This document shows, piece by piece, positions 18,296 to 26,967 of a DNA stretch of 64,000 nt. The notes beneath the pieces were generated by a model that was not told where the DNA came from, searched no databases, and saw nothing but the letters and a program-made list of their open reading frames with translations. A program made the position numbers and the translations under genes. Source of the DNA: Solirubrobacterales bacterium (GTDB taxonomy: Bacteria; Actinomycetota; Thermoleophilia; Solirubrobacterales; JBBDJG01); assembly GCA_038203635.1 (NCBI GenBank), contig JBBRDT010000003.1, positions 22,776 to 86,775 of the forward strand, read 5' to 3'. How positions within the stretch are numbered: the stretch's first letter is position 1; every line of letters starts with the position of its first letter.

Positions 18296-19836
18296 TGGGA
18301 GCCGGCCTTCCCCGCGACGTCCGCCGCATCGCGGTGGTCGTGATCATCGGCGCAGTCATGTCGATCCTCGACACGACGATCGTGAACGTGGCGCTCGAGA
18401 CCCTGCGGATCGAGCTGGAGGCGCCGCTCTCGACCATTCAGTGGGTGAGCACCGGGTATCTGCTCGCGCTCGCGACGGCGATCCCGCTGACCGGCTGGGC
18501 CGCCGAGCGATTCGGTCCCAAGCGGGTGTGGATGACCGTCGTCGCAGCCTTCGTCGTGACCAGCGGCCTGTGCGGTCTGGCGTGGAACGTCGAGTCGCTG
18601 ATCGGCTTCCGCGTGCTCCAGGGCTTTGCCGGCGGCATGATCATGCCGATCGGGATGATCACGCTGGCGCAGGCCGCCGGCCCTGGTCGCATCGGCCGCG
18701 TGATGAGCATCGTCGGCGTGCCGATGCTGCTCGCCCCGGTGCTCGGTCCGGTCATCGGCGGCGCGATCGTGCAGAGCCTGTCGTGGCGCTGGATCTTCTT
18801 GGTGAACCTGCCGGTCGGGATCGCCGGACTGCTGCTGGCGCGGCGCCTGCTTCCGCCCGGTCGCGCCGTCGGCCGTGCCGCGGCAGACGGACGCGAGAAC
18901 CCGGTGCTGGACTGGCGCGGGCTTGCGCTGCTCTCCCCGGGGGTCGGCGCGATCGTCTTCGGGATCTCGGAGTACGGGGCGCATCGCACGTTGTCCGTGG
19001 TGAGCGCGTGGCTGCCGCTCGTCATCGGGCTGCTCGCCGTCCTCGGATTCGTCGTCTACGGCCCGCGCACGCGTTACCCGATCGTCGATGTCGGCCTGTT
19101 TCGGTCGGGCGGCTTCGCAGCCGCAGCGGCGACGGTGTTCCTCACCGGCATCGCCCTCTTCGGATCGATGATCCTGCTGCCGCTCTACTACCAGATCGCG
19201 CGCGGGGAATCGCCTCTGATCGCGGGCCTGCTGGTTGCTCCCCAAGGCCTCGGCGCCGTGATCGGGATGAGCCTGGGCGGCCGCGCGACCGACCGCTACG
19301 GAGGGGGCAGAGTGGCCATCGTGGGCCTGCTCTTCCTGATCGCCGGCACCGCGATCTTCACGCAGGTCGATGCGACCACGTCGTACTGGCTGGTCGGGGG
19401 TGCGCTGGTGCTGCGCGGCATCGGGCTCGGCGGCGCGCTGATGCCGGCGATGGCCGCGGCGTACGCGACCTTGAAGCGCAATCAGGTCCCGCGGGCGACC
19501 CCGGCGCTGAATGTGCTCCAACGAGTCGGGGGGTCGATCGGCGCCGCGCTGCTCATCGTGATTCTGCAGAACCGGATCATCTCGTCGCTGGGCGAAGGCG
19601 CACAGGGCGGAGTGTCGGGCGGGGCGCTTTCCAACGCCGCACGCGATCGCGTGGCCGAACCGCTCGCCGAGGCCTTTGCGCACACGTTCTGGTACGCCCT
19701 CGCCCTCTCTGTGGCAGCGCTGATCCCGGCCGTGATCCTGGCGTTGGAGGAGCGCAAGACGCGCCGGCGGTCGGCCGCCGAGACGGCGATCCCTGCCGAT
19801 CACGAGACAGCCCGACCCGCGATCGTCGCGGTGTAG
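18295..19836 (+). CDS. MFS transporter, DHA2 family (second copy)
   Basis: The ATG overlaps the previous stop (TGATG). Contains LDTTIVNVALETL and FRVLQGFAGGMIMP. The tracked 938-aa ORF is an out-of-frame shadow upstream of 18295. Confidence 0.85.
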   Translation: MGAGLPRDVRRIAVVVIIGAVMSILDTTIVNVALETLRIELEAPLSTIQWVSTGYLLALATAIPLTGWAAERFGPKRVWMTVVAAFVVTSGLCGLAWNVESLIGFRVLQGFAGGMIMPIGMITLAQAAGPGRIGRVMSIVGVPMLLAPVLGPVIGGAIVQSLSWRWIFLVNLPVGIAGLLLARRLLPPGRAVGRAAADGRENPVLDWRGLALLSPGVGAIVFGISEYGAHRTLSVVSAWLPLVIGLLAVLGFVVYGPRTRYPIVDVGLFRSGGFAAAAATVFLTGIALFGSMILLPLYYQIARGESPLIAGLLVAPQGLGAVIGMSLGGRATDRYGGGRVAIVGLLFLIAGTAIFTQVDATTSYWLVGGALVLRGIGLGGALMPAMAAAYATLKRNQVPRATPALNVLQRVGGSIGAALLIVILQNRIISSLGEGAQGGVSGGALSNAARDRVAEPLAEAFAHTFWYALALSVAALIPAVILALEERKTRRRSAAETAIPADHETARPAIVAV

Positions 19837-19952
19837 CTACGCCTGCTCGGATCGCGGCGTCGGTTGCACCGGGGTATCGTGCGCCTCTTGCCAGCGAGCA
19901 CGTCACCGCGGCTCACGATCGCGGATACATCGACCGCCCGGGCAGCATTAGC

Positions 19953-20099
19953 GTGGGAGCGGCGATCGCCATCGGCGCGGTGGCCGGGTTGGTGCTCGGC
20001 ATCCTCGTCAGCGTGACCACCGACGTGCCGCTTGCGCCCGAGGCCGGGCTCGCACTCGGTGCGCTGATCGGCTGGCTTACGCGCCGCGACCGCGCATAG
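19953..20099 (+). CDS. Possible small membrane protein (about 48 aa, two hydrophobic segments)
   Basis: GC3-rich frame encoding VGAAIAIGAVAGLVLGILV...GLALGALIGWL. No clear Shine-Dalgarno sequence, and the start is uncertain. Confidence 0.35.
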   Translation: MGAAIAIGAVAGLVLGILVSVTTDVPLAPEAGLALGALIGWLTRRDRA

Positions 20100-20139
20100 G
20101 GAAAGGCCGGTTGGCGAGGGAACCGGGGGCGGAACGAGG

Positions 20140-20210
20140 CTGCGGAGCAGGGGATCGAACCCCGACCTCCAGGACCAAAACCTGGCGTCCTACCGTTAGA
20201 CCACTCCGCA
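20140..20210 (-). tRNA. tRNA-Gln (anticodon UUG)
   Basis: The reverse complement folds as UGCGGAG-UG-GUCU-AACGGUA-GGAC-G-CCAGG-UUUUGGU-CCUGG-AGGU-CGGGG-UUCGAUC-CCCUG-CUCCGCA. This gives a 7-bp acceptor stem, a UUCGAUC T-loop and anticodon loop UU-UUG-GU. CCA is not encoded. Confidence 0.9.
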
Positions 20211-20242
20211 TCGAGTACCGGGAGGTTAGCCCCAGCCGTCGG

Positions 20243-21508
20243 TCAGTTTCGGCGCGAGTTCACGTCGGCGTGCGGCTTCGGAACGCGGCCTCGCTCGGCG
20301 CCCGGCTCGAACACGGGAGCGCTCGGCGCGCGCACACCGAGCACGCGCATCGCCTTCAACCCGAGGCCGAGCCGTTCGCGCCCGTCCGTCGAGTTGACGT
20401 CGAGGCCGGCCAGCTCCTTGATGCGCTCGAGCCGGTAGCGGATCGTGTGACGATGCGTGAAGAGCTGCTTGTAGGTGGCCGCCATCGACCCGTCGTTTGC
20501 GAGAAAGGCCTCGAGCGTGTGCACCAGCTCGGTGCCGTACTGCTCGTCGTAGGCGACCAGCGGCGCGATCGTGTCGAGGTAGAAACGCTCGAGCTCGGCG
20601 GGGTCGTCGCTCATCGCCGGCAGCAGCAGGCGATAGGCGCCCGTGTCCTCGAACGAGAGCAGCCGCGACTTCGGCTCGCGATAGTCGGGAGCCGCGACGT
20701 TCGCGGCCAGTAGCGCCTCGCCCGCAGCGCGATGCATGTCCATCGGGTCAACCGCGATCCGGCTGCAGCCGACCACGACCGCGAAGCCCTGCATACCGTC
20801 GTCAACCGACCGCAGCACGGCCTGCGCGGCACGCCGGCTGAGCGCTTCGTCCGAGCTCGGGACGATCACCGCGATCTGCTCGCCGCGCAGCGTGCTGAGC
20901 GCGCCGGGGGCGGCGCCGCGAGCCCCGCGTCCGACGATCGTCACGGCGCGTGCCTGCCAGTCGCCCTCTGCCGGCGCGAGCGGATAGATGCGGACCGCCA
21001 GCACGCTGCCGCCGTTTTCGAGGTCGACCCCCATCTCCTTGCCGCGCGCGACCAGGTCGCGGCGGTCGTCGATGTCGCCGTCGAGGACGGCGTTCACGAA
21101 ACTCCCCACCGCCGCCTCACCGGCTCGCTCGGGGGCGCGGGTGCGCTCCACCTCGAGCGCCAGCAGCGTCGTCACGAGGCGCAGCACCGCAGGCTCGGGC
21201 ACGTCGTCCTCGCGCACGCGGAAGCGCAGCTGCCCGACCACCGCCTCGGACACGCGCAGGTCGATCGCCGTGACGCCATCCTTCTTCGAGAGCAGCTCGC
21301 GCTCCTCGGCGGGTGACGCGGCGGCAACCGCCAGCACCGCGCCGCGCGAGTCGATCAGGGCGACGGTCGCCTGCAGGGCGGCCGCTGCGCACCGTGCCGT
21401 CTCGGGCAAGCCCGCGCCGGACTCGACCGATTCCGCCAGTGCGTCGAGGGCCGACGCCGGCCCGCGACCGCGATGATTTGCAGCATCTTTCGTGCGTGCT
21501 TCGGCCAT
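20243..21508 (-). CDS. PucR family transcriptional regulator
   Basis: C-terminal PucR-type HTH (YKQLFTHRHTIRYRLERIKELAGLD). I chose the ATG at 21508 (MAEARTKD). The tracked ORF extends further upstream. Confidence 0.8.
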   Translation of the reverse strand: MAEARTKDAANHRGRGPASALDALAESVESGAGLPETARCAAAALQATVALIDSRGAVLAVAAASPAEERELLSKKDGVTAIDLRVSEAVVGQLRFRVREDDVPEPAVLRLVTTLLALEVERTRAPERAGEAAVGSFVNAVLDGDIDDRRDLVARGKEMGVDLENGGSVLAVRIYPLAPAEGDWQARAVTIVGRGARGAAPGALSTLRGEQIAVIVPSSDEALSRRAAQAVLRSVDDGMQGFAVVVGCSRIAVDPMDMHRAAGEALLAANVAAPDYREPKSRLLSFEDTGAYRLLLPAMSDDPAELERFYLDTIAPLVAYDEQYGTELVHTLEAFLANDGSMAATYKQLFTHRHTIRYRLERIKELAGLDVNSTDGRERLGLGLKAMRVLGVRAPSAPVFEPGAERGRVPKPHADVNSRRN

Positions 21509-21537
21509 TCGGGTTACGAGTGTAGGAGGGAACTGGC

Positions 21538-21753
21538 CTACGCGAACGGCTGCAGCGCGGCCTGGACGCCGAAAAAGTCCAGAATTTGGTCCCAGTAATA
21601 GAGCACGATCGCGCCGATGCCGATGCCCGCGCCGGCAAAGGCTGCCAGCACGAAGATGCTCAGCACGGCGGCGGCCAAGCGCTCCCACGTGCGCCCGTAG
21701 GCCGTCCACGCGGGCGCCAGGATCAGCGCCGCGAAGCAGCCGAGGCCGATCAC
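21538..21753 (-). CDS. Small two-TM membrane protein
   Basis: Strongly GC3-biased frame encoding VIGLGCFAALILAPAW...IFVLAAFAGAGIGIGAIVLYYW. The GTG overlaps the stop of the upstream DedA-PAP2 gene (GTGA). Confidence 0.55.
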   Translation of the reverse strand: MIGLGCFAALILAPAWTAYGRTWERLAAAVLSIFVLAAFAGAGIGIGAIVLYYWDQILDFFGVQAALQPFA

Positions 21754-23261
21754 TCCCGCGGAGCCGAGGATGAGGTAGGTGACTGTGAGGCTGTCCAAGA
21801 GGGGGAGGGGGTCCGGGATGCGGCGGCCGCCTCGGGCGAGCCGCGGTAATTCTGACGCAGATAGTCCACGATCAGCGCGACGGCTCCGCAGAGCGAGAAA
21901 GCGGCCAGGCCAAGGGCCCAGCCGCCTGTCACGTCGCTCAGGTAGTGCACGCGCATGTACACACGCGAGAGCCCGATCGCAGCCGCGAGCGCGGCGCCGG
22001 CGACCACCAGGGCGATCCGAGTCGGCAGCCGGCGGGATAGGACGACGCCGATCGCGAGAAAGGTCACCGACAGCGCGGCGTGCCCCGAGGGATACGCGAA
22101 CCCGCTGACATCGTGAATGGCGTCTGCGGGGCGCGGACGCTCGACCGCGCGCTTGATGATCTGCATCGAGACCTCGGTGATCGCGAGACCCGCTGCCAGC
22201 GCGATCGCCTCGGTCGAACGCCGCCCGACCAGCAGGAAGATGCACGTCGCAACCGTGCAGGCGCCGACGAAGTACAGCGATCCGATCACGCGCAGGACGT
22301 CGGCGAGCGATGTCTGGAATCCCGACTCTATGTCGCGCGCGACATCGAGTGCCGTGTTGTCGCCGGGCAGGAGCGCGTCGGACTGGAGGAGGTTGATCTG
22401 CAGCACGACGATGTAGATGCCGAGCGCTGCGATGGTCGCAAGCGTGGTCAGCTCGATGCCGAGCTCTCCCGGCGTGATGCGCGCCCACAGGAATCGCAGC
22501 GGCGGCGCGACCAGCAGCCACAGCGGCCGCAGCACGTAACGCCAGACCGGCCGCAGCAGCCAGCCCAGGCCGCGGACGACGTATGCGAGCGGCCGCAGCA
22601 GGGGACGCTGTCCCTGCCGTTCGAACCAGTTCGCGAGTCTCTGGCGCTCCTCGGGGTGGCGCAGGTGCTTGACAGCGTGGTAGCCGCCGAAGAACAGGCC
22701 GACCAGGATCGCGAACGCGATCGTCCCGCGGCCGGCCGTGCTCGCGACCTGTTGGAAGCTCTGCCAGAAGATGTATCCGAGCAGGCACCACGTTGTGGCC
22801 CAGAGCCCCGCACCCAGGATGTCGAAGGGAAGGAAGCGGCGGTAGCTCATGCCCGAGGCGCCGGCCGTGAACGGCATCAACGGGCGGATCAGCCCGAGCC
22901 AGCGCCCGATGAAGATCGCCTTGCCGCCGTGTTTTCGGAAGAATTCCTCGACCTTCCCGAAGGTCTCGGCTTTGAGGCGCACCTTCGGGCCATGCTTGAG
23001 GATGAAGTCGCGCCCGAGCCGGCGGCCGAGGTAGAAGCCGATCCCGTCGCCGATCACGCACGAGACCCAGGCGATCCCGATCAGGAGCTGGATCGAGAGG
23101 GTGCCCTCCCCGGCCAGCACGCCGCCGAGGATGATCGTGAACTCCCCAGGGGCGAAGAAGCCGATGAACGCCGCCGTCTCGGCCATCGCCATGAAGGCGA
23201 CCAGCAAGTAGGCCCACTGTCCGAGCCCGTTGGCGACGTCCTCGATGAGTCGTTCGATCAT
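21750..23261 (-). CDS. DedA (VTT/SNARE-associated) domain fused to a PAP2 lipid phosphatase domain
   Basis: The N-terminal half carries DedA blocks (AFMAMAETAAFIGFFAPGE, GRWLGLIRPLMPFTAG). The C-terminal half carries PAP2 motifs (KRAVERPRP, YPSGHA, SRVYMRVHYLSDV). Confidence 0.85.
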   Translation of the reverse strand: MIERLIEDVANGLGQWAYLLVAFMAMAETAAFIGFFAPGEFTIILGGVLAGEGTLSIQLLIGIAWVSCVIGDGIGFYLGRRLGRDFILKHGPKVRLKAETFGKVEEFFRKHGGKAIFIGRWLGLIRPLMPFTAGASGMSYRRFLPFDILGAGLWATTWCLLGYIFWQSFQQVASTAGRGTIAFAILVGLFFGGYHAVKHLRHPEERQRLANWFERQGQRPLLRPLAYVVRGLGWLLRPVWRYVLRPLWLLVAPPLRFLWARITPGELGIELTTLATIAALGIYIVVLQINLLQSDALLPGDNTALDVARDIESGFQTSLADVLRVIGSLYFVGACTVATCIFLLVGRRSTEAIALAAGLAITEVSMQIIKRAVERPRPADAIHDVSGFAYPSGHAALSVTFLAIGVVLSRRLPTRIALVVAGAALAAAIGLSRVYMRVHYLSDVTGGWALGLAAFSLCGAVALIVDYLRQNYRGSPEAAAASRTPSPSWTASQSPTSSSAPRE

Positions 23262-23290
23262 CGGGACGGGCAGTTTGGCAGGCGCCTCAC

Positions 23291-23986
23291 TTGCGGAATC
23301 GCAGCCGGCTTGGTAAACATCCGCTGACCGTGAGTAATCAGACGATTACAAGCCCCAAGAACTTCCGGGAGGAGGGCACGCGCGAGCGCATCGTCACGGA
23401 GGCGATCCGGCTGTTCGCAGTCAACGGCTTCACCGGCACCACGGTCGGCGAGATCGAGCAGGCTGCGGGGCTCGCTCCCCGGGCCGGAGGTCTCTACAAG
23501 CACTTCCGCAGCAAGGAGGCGGTTCTGTCCGCGGCCATCGACCGTCACGTGCGCGAGATGGAGCGCATACGCGCGCGCTTCGACGGCAGGTCGCTCGGCA
23601 ACCTGCGTGCGGAGCTCACACTGGTCGCACGCTGGGCCGTTGCCGAATTGCGCGCGGAGCAGCTCGTGATGAAGGTCGTGCAGAAGGATGGGGATCGCTT
23701 CCCGGAGGTCGTCGCCGAGGTCCACGAGCGGATCATCGGCCCCGGCCACGCGCAGGCTGCGGAAATGTTCACGCGCGTTTTCGCCGAGGTCGGCATCACG
23801 GACCGGGACCCGCGGGCGTTCGCAGCCGGCGCGCTCGGCGCGCTCGTGGGCTACGTCCTCGAGCACACGATGTTCGACGCCCTGCCGGGGAACGTGCCGG
23901 AAGACGAGTACATCGAAGCCTGGGTCGATACCTGGGAGACATTCGTGCGCGGCGCGACGCTGCCACAAGACGCGAAGGAGAAGTGA
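23291..23986 (+). CDS. TetR/AcrR family transcriptional regulator
   Basis: HTH region RIVTEAIRLFAVNGFTGTTVGEIEQAAGL. The start is uncertain (TTG at 23291 or GTG at 23331). An inverted repeat GTAATC-agac-GATTAC lies at 23334-23349. Confidence 0.8.
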   Translation: MRNRSRLGKHPLTVSNQTITSPKNFREEGTRERIVTEAIRLFAVNGFTGTTVGEIEQAAGLAPRAGGLYKHFRSKEAVLSAAIDRHVREMERIRARFDGRSLGNLRAELTLVARWAVAELRAEQLVMKVVQKDGDRFPEVVAEVHERIIGPGHAQAAEMFTRVFAEVGITDRDPRAFAAGALGALVGYVLEHTMFDALPGNVPEDEYIEAWVDTWETFVRGATLPQDAKEK

Positions 23987-24570
23987 TGGCACGCATCGAG
24001 GAGAAGCACAATCTGACGACGCGCATGGCGAACTGGTACACGCGTCGCAGCTATGGCCGCGACACCGAGATCGTGGGCGTCATGGCACACAGCAAGCCGA
24101 ACTTCAAGGGCTACAGCATGTTCGAGTTCTTCCACGAGCGCAGCAAGGCCACCGACCAGAGGCTGCTCGCGCTGGCGGGGACGAAGGCCGCGTGCATGAT
24201 CGGGTGCGAGTTCTGCCTCGACATCGGCACGCACCTCTCGCGCAAGGCGGGCGTGGCCGAGGAGCAGCTGCGTTCGCTGCACGCGTATCGCGACAGCCCG
24301 GCGTTCTCGCCGCAGGAGCGCCTGGTGCTCGAGTACGCAGAGGAGATGTGCCAGACGCCCGTGTCGATCTCGGACGAGCTGTTCGCGCGCCTCGCCGAGC
24401 AGTTCACCGAAGAGCAGATCATCGAGCTGACGACCGCAATCGCGATCGAGAACTTCCGCGCACGGTTCAACACCGCAATGGACATCACGCCCGCCGGCTT
24501 CACCGAGGGCCAGTACTGTGCAGTGCCGCAGTCGGTCGCGGCTCAGGAGGCGGAGCGCACGTCCGCGTAG
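23986..24570 (+). CDS. Carboxymuconolactone decarboxylase (AhpD-like) family protein
   Basis: Contains AACMIGCEFCLDIG, the CxxC-type AhpD-like core. The ATG overlaps the TetR stop (TGATG). Confidence 0.8.
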   Translation: MARIEEKHNLTTRMANWYTRRSYGRDTEIVGVMAHSKPNFKGYSMFEFFHERSKATDQRLLALAGTKAACMIGCEFCLDIGTHLSRKAGVAEEQLRSLHAYRDSPAFSPQERLVLEYAEEMCQTPVSISDELFARLAEQFTEEQIIELTTAIAIENFRARFNTAMDITPAGFTEGQYCAVPQSVAAQEAERTSA

Positions 24571-25373
24571 CCCGCCGGCGCGGCCTCGAACGCCGCGGTG
24601 AGACCTCGCCACTGCTCGGCGAGGTCGCGGGCGACCGCATCCGGTTCCTCGAACAGCCCGAACACGGCTGGGCCCGAGCCCGACACGAGCGCCGCTGACG
24701 CACCGGCCATCTGGAGCAACGAGAGCGCACGAAGCGCCTCGGGCTCGAGCTCGAGCGCCGCGGCCTGGAGGTCGTTGTGAAAGGCGCCGGTGTCGACGCC
24801 TTCGAGTGACTCGCGCGCCGGGCCCAGCTCGTCGGCGCGGGCGTAGACGAGCGGTGTGCTGAGCGCGCCGCGTCCCGCGAGCAGCACGCCGGCGACCGAG
24901 CGCGCGGCGAGCGGCTCGACGCCCTCTCCGGCGCCGGTCACGAGGGCCGGCCGCGGGACGAGTTGCGACGGCACGTCGGCTCCCAAAGACATCCCGAGAT
25001 CCGCCAGGTCAGTGTCCGGGGGCCGTATTCCGGACGCGGTGGCCGCGAGCCGCAGCACGGCGGCGGCGTCGGCGGATCCGCCGCCGAGGCCCGCTGCGAC
25101 CGGGATGTGCTTCTCGATCGTGACTCGCAGCGGCGGGCCGTCCCAGCCGAAGCGGTCGCGGAAGGCGATCAGCGCGGCGGCCGCAAGGTTCGGCCCCTCG
25201 ACGCCGGGACAGATCACCTCGTCGGCGCCGGACGAAGCCTCCTCCATCACGACTTCGTCAGCCAGGGTGATGGGCTGGAACACCGAGCGCAGCTCGTGCA
25301 GCCCGTCGGCGCGGAGCGGGCCTACGTAGAGGCAGAGGTTGAGCTTGGCCGGCGCACGGGTCACATACCTCAA
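24543..25373 (-). CDS. ispE: 4-diphosphocytidyl-2-C-methyl-D-erythritol kinase
   Basis: Contains APAKLNLCLYVGPLRADGLHEL and the GHMP-kinase motif PVAAGLGGGSADAAA. Confidence 0.9.
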   Translation of the reverse strand: MRYVTRAPAKLNLCLYVGPLRADGLHELRSVFQPITLADEVVMEEASSGADEVICPGVEGPNLAAAALIAFRDRFGWDGPPLRVTIEKHIPVAAGLGGGSADAAAVLRLAATASGIRPPDTDLADLGMSLGADVPSQLVPRPALVTGAGEGVEPLAARSVAGVLLAGRGALSTPLVYARADELGPARESLEGVDTGAFHNDLQAAALELEPEALRALSLLQMAGASAALVSGSGPAVFGLFEEPDAVARDLAEQWRGLTAAFEAAPAGYADVRSAS

Positions 25374-26197
25374 CCGAAACGCTCCAGATCGCGTGCGAGC
25401 TGGACGAAGTCGGTGGGGGTGAGTGTCTCGGCGCGGGCGTCGGGCGGGCGGCCCATGTTCTCGAGCGACTCGATCGCGGCGGCGCGCACTCCCGCCGGGC
25501 CGCCCGCCTCCTCGAGCGAACGCGGCAGCGCCTTGCGCCGGTGTGAGAACGCCTTGCGCACGAGGTCGGCGAGCTGCTCCGATGCGGCCGGCCCGGTGCG
25601 CCGCAGACGCACGAGCCCGGAGTCGACGTTCGGTGCGGGCCGGAAGACGTTGCGTGAGATCGGGCGCACGAACTCGACCTCACATGCGTGCTGGGCCAGC
25701 ACGGAGGGGATGCCGTACTCCTTGGTGCCGGGCTCGGCCGCGAGCCGGTCGGCGATCTCGCGCTGCACCATTACCGTCCATTCGGTGACCTCGGGAAGTT
25801 CCTCGATTGTGCGGAGCACGGCGGAGGTGGCCACGCCGTAGGGCAGGTTCGACACGACCTTGTTCGGCAGCGGGTCGAGGCCGCCCAGCCGCAGCTTCAT
25901 CACGTCGCCCATGTAGAGGGTGCAGCCGCCGCCGTTGGCGAGCGCCTCGCGCAGCACGGGCTCGAGTTTCGCGTCCGTCTCGACGACGTGCAGGTGGCGC
26001 ACCCTGGGGAGCAGGTACGCGCTCAGGACCCCCAGGCCGCCGCCGATCTCGAGCACCACGTCGCCGGGATCGAGCGCGGCCGTGCGTCCGATCACCTCGA
26101 GCACGTTGTCGTCGACGAGGAAGTTCTGACCCAACTCGCGGTTTGGCCTGATGCCGTGCCGCGACATCCGGTCGAGGCTTGCGCGAACCTCGCTCAC
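25370..26197 (-). CDS. rsmA: 16S rRNA (adenine1518/1519-N6)-dimethyltransferase
   Basis: Contains LGQNFLVDDNVL, VLEIGGGLGVLS, NLPYGVATS. The GTG at 26197 overlaps the tatD-family stop (GTGA). Confidence 0.9.
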   Translation of the reverse strand: MSEVRASLDRMSRHGIRPNRELGQNFLVDDNVLEVIGRTAALDPGDVVLEIGGGLGVLSAYLLPRVRHLHVVETDAKLEPVLREALANGGGCTLYMGDVMKLRLGGLDPLPNKVVSNLPYGVATSAVLRTIEELPEVTEWTVMVQREIADRLAAEPGTKEYGIPSVLAQHACEVEFVRPISRNVFRPAPNVDSGLVRLRRTGPAASEQLADLVRKAFSHRRKALPRSLEEAGGPAGVRAAAIESLENMGRPPDARAETLTPTDFVQLARDLERFG

Positions 26198-26943
26198 CAG
26201 CCGAACAGGCGCGCGGCGTTGCGCACCAGGAGGTCCTCCATCTCCTCCACCGATGTGCCGCGCAGCTTTGCGAGGTAGCGCGCGGTCGCCGTCACGTATG
26301 CGGGCTCGTTCGGCTTGCTGCGCCGTTCCTGCGGGGAGAGAAACGGCGCGTCCGTCTCCGCCAGGAGCAGCTCGTCGGGAACGTCTGTCGCGGCCCGCTG
26401 CAGATCGGTCGCCTTCGGGTAGGTGACGTTGCCCGCGAAGGAGCAGTACCAGCGGCGGTCGACGCACGCCTGCACGCGGTCGGACAGCGAGAAGCAGTGG
26501 ATGATCACCGTGACGCCCTCGCCGTGGTCGTCGAGCAGGGCGATGGTGTCGTCCGCGGCTTCGCGGGTGTGCACGACGAGCGGCCGGCCGAGCGCCTTCG
26601 CCAGCTCGATCTGCGCGACGAACGAGCGGCGCTGGTCCTCGCGCGGCGCGTAGTCGCGCTTGTAGTCGAGGCCCGCTTCGCCCACCGCCCGCGCTTTCGG
26701 ATGTGCGGACAGCTCGCGCAACTCGTCCAGGCCGGCGTCGTCGAAGCCCTCGGACTCGTGCGGGTGGCGGCCGACGGACACGTAGATCTCCTCGTGATCC
26801 TCGGCTGCCGCGAGCGCGTGCCGGCAGGAGTCGCCGGTCATCCCGATGGCGAGCATGCGGTCGACGCCGGCCTTGCGTGCGCGGCTGACGACGTGCGAGG
26901 AAGGCGCGTCGATGTGATCGAGGTGGAAGTGGGTGTCGACCAT
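26194..26943 (-). CDS. TatD family metal-dependent hydrolase/DNase
   Basis: Contains MVDTHFHLD, GEAGLDY, IHCFS, ETDAPFL. Confidence 0.9.
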   Translation of the reverse strand: MVDTHFHLDHIDAPSSHVVSRARKAGVDRMLAIGMTGDSCRHALAAAEDHEEIYVSVGRHPHESEGFDDAGLDELRELSAHPKARAVGEAGLDYKRDYAPREDQRRSFVAQIELAKALGRPLVVHTREAADDTIALLDDHGEGVTVIIHCFSLSDRVQACVDRRWYCSFAGNVTYPKATDLQRAATDVPDELLLAETDAPFLSPQERRSKPNEPAYVTATARYLAKLRGTSVEEMEDLLVRNAARLFGW

Positions 26944-26967
26944 CCGGCGCCGAAGTCTAGGCGCGCA

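Noticed and set aside
16577-19836. The 572-aa and 938-aa tracked ORFs taken as the true MFS gene extents
   Set aside because: Their N-terminal extensions overlap the MarR gene or the first MFS gene in another frame and are Arg-rich. Starts at 16859 and 18295 give canonical DHA2 N-termini and stop/start overlaps.
23334-23349. GTAATC-agac-GATTAC inverted repeat as a confirmed TetR operator
   Set aside because: The arms are short (6 bp). Depending on the true TetR start, the repeat lies inside the coding region. I noted it in the feature evidence but do not call it as a separate regulatory feature.
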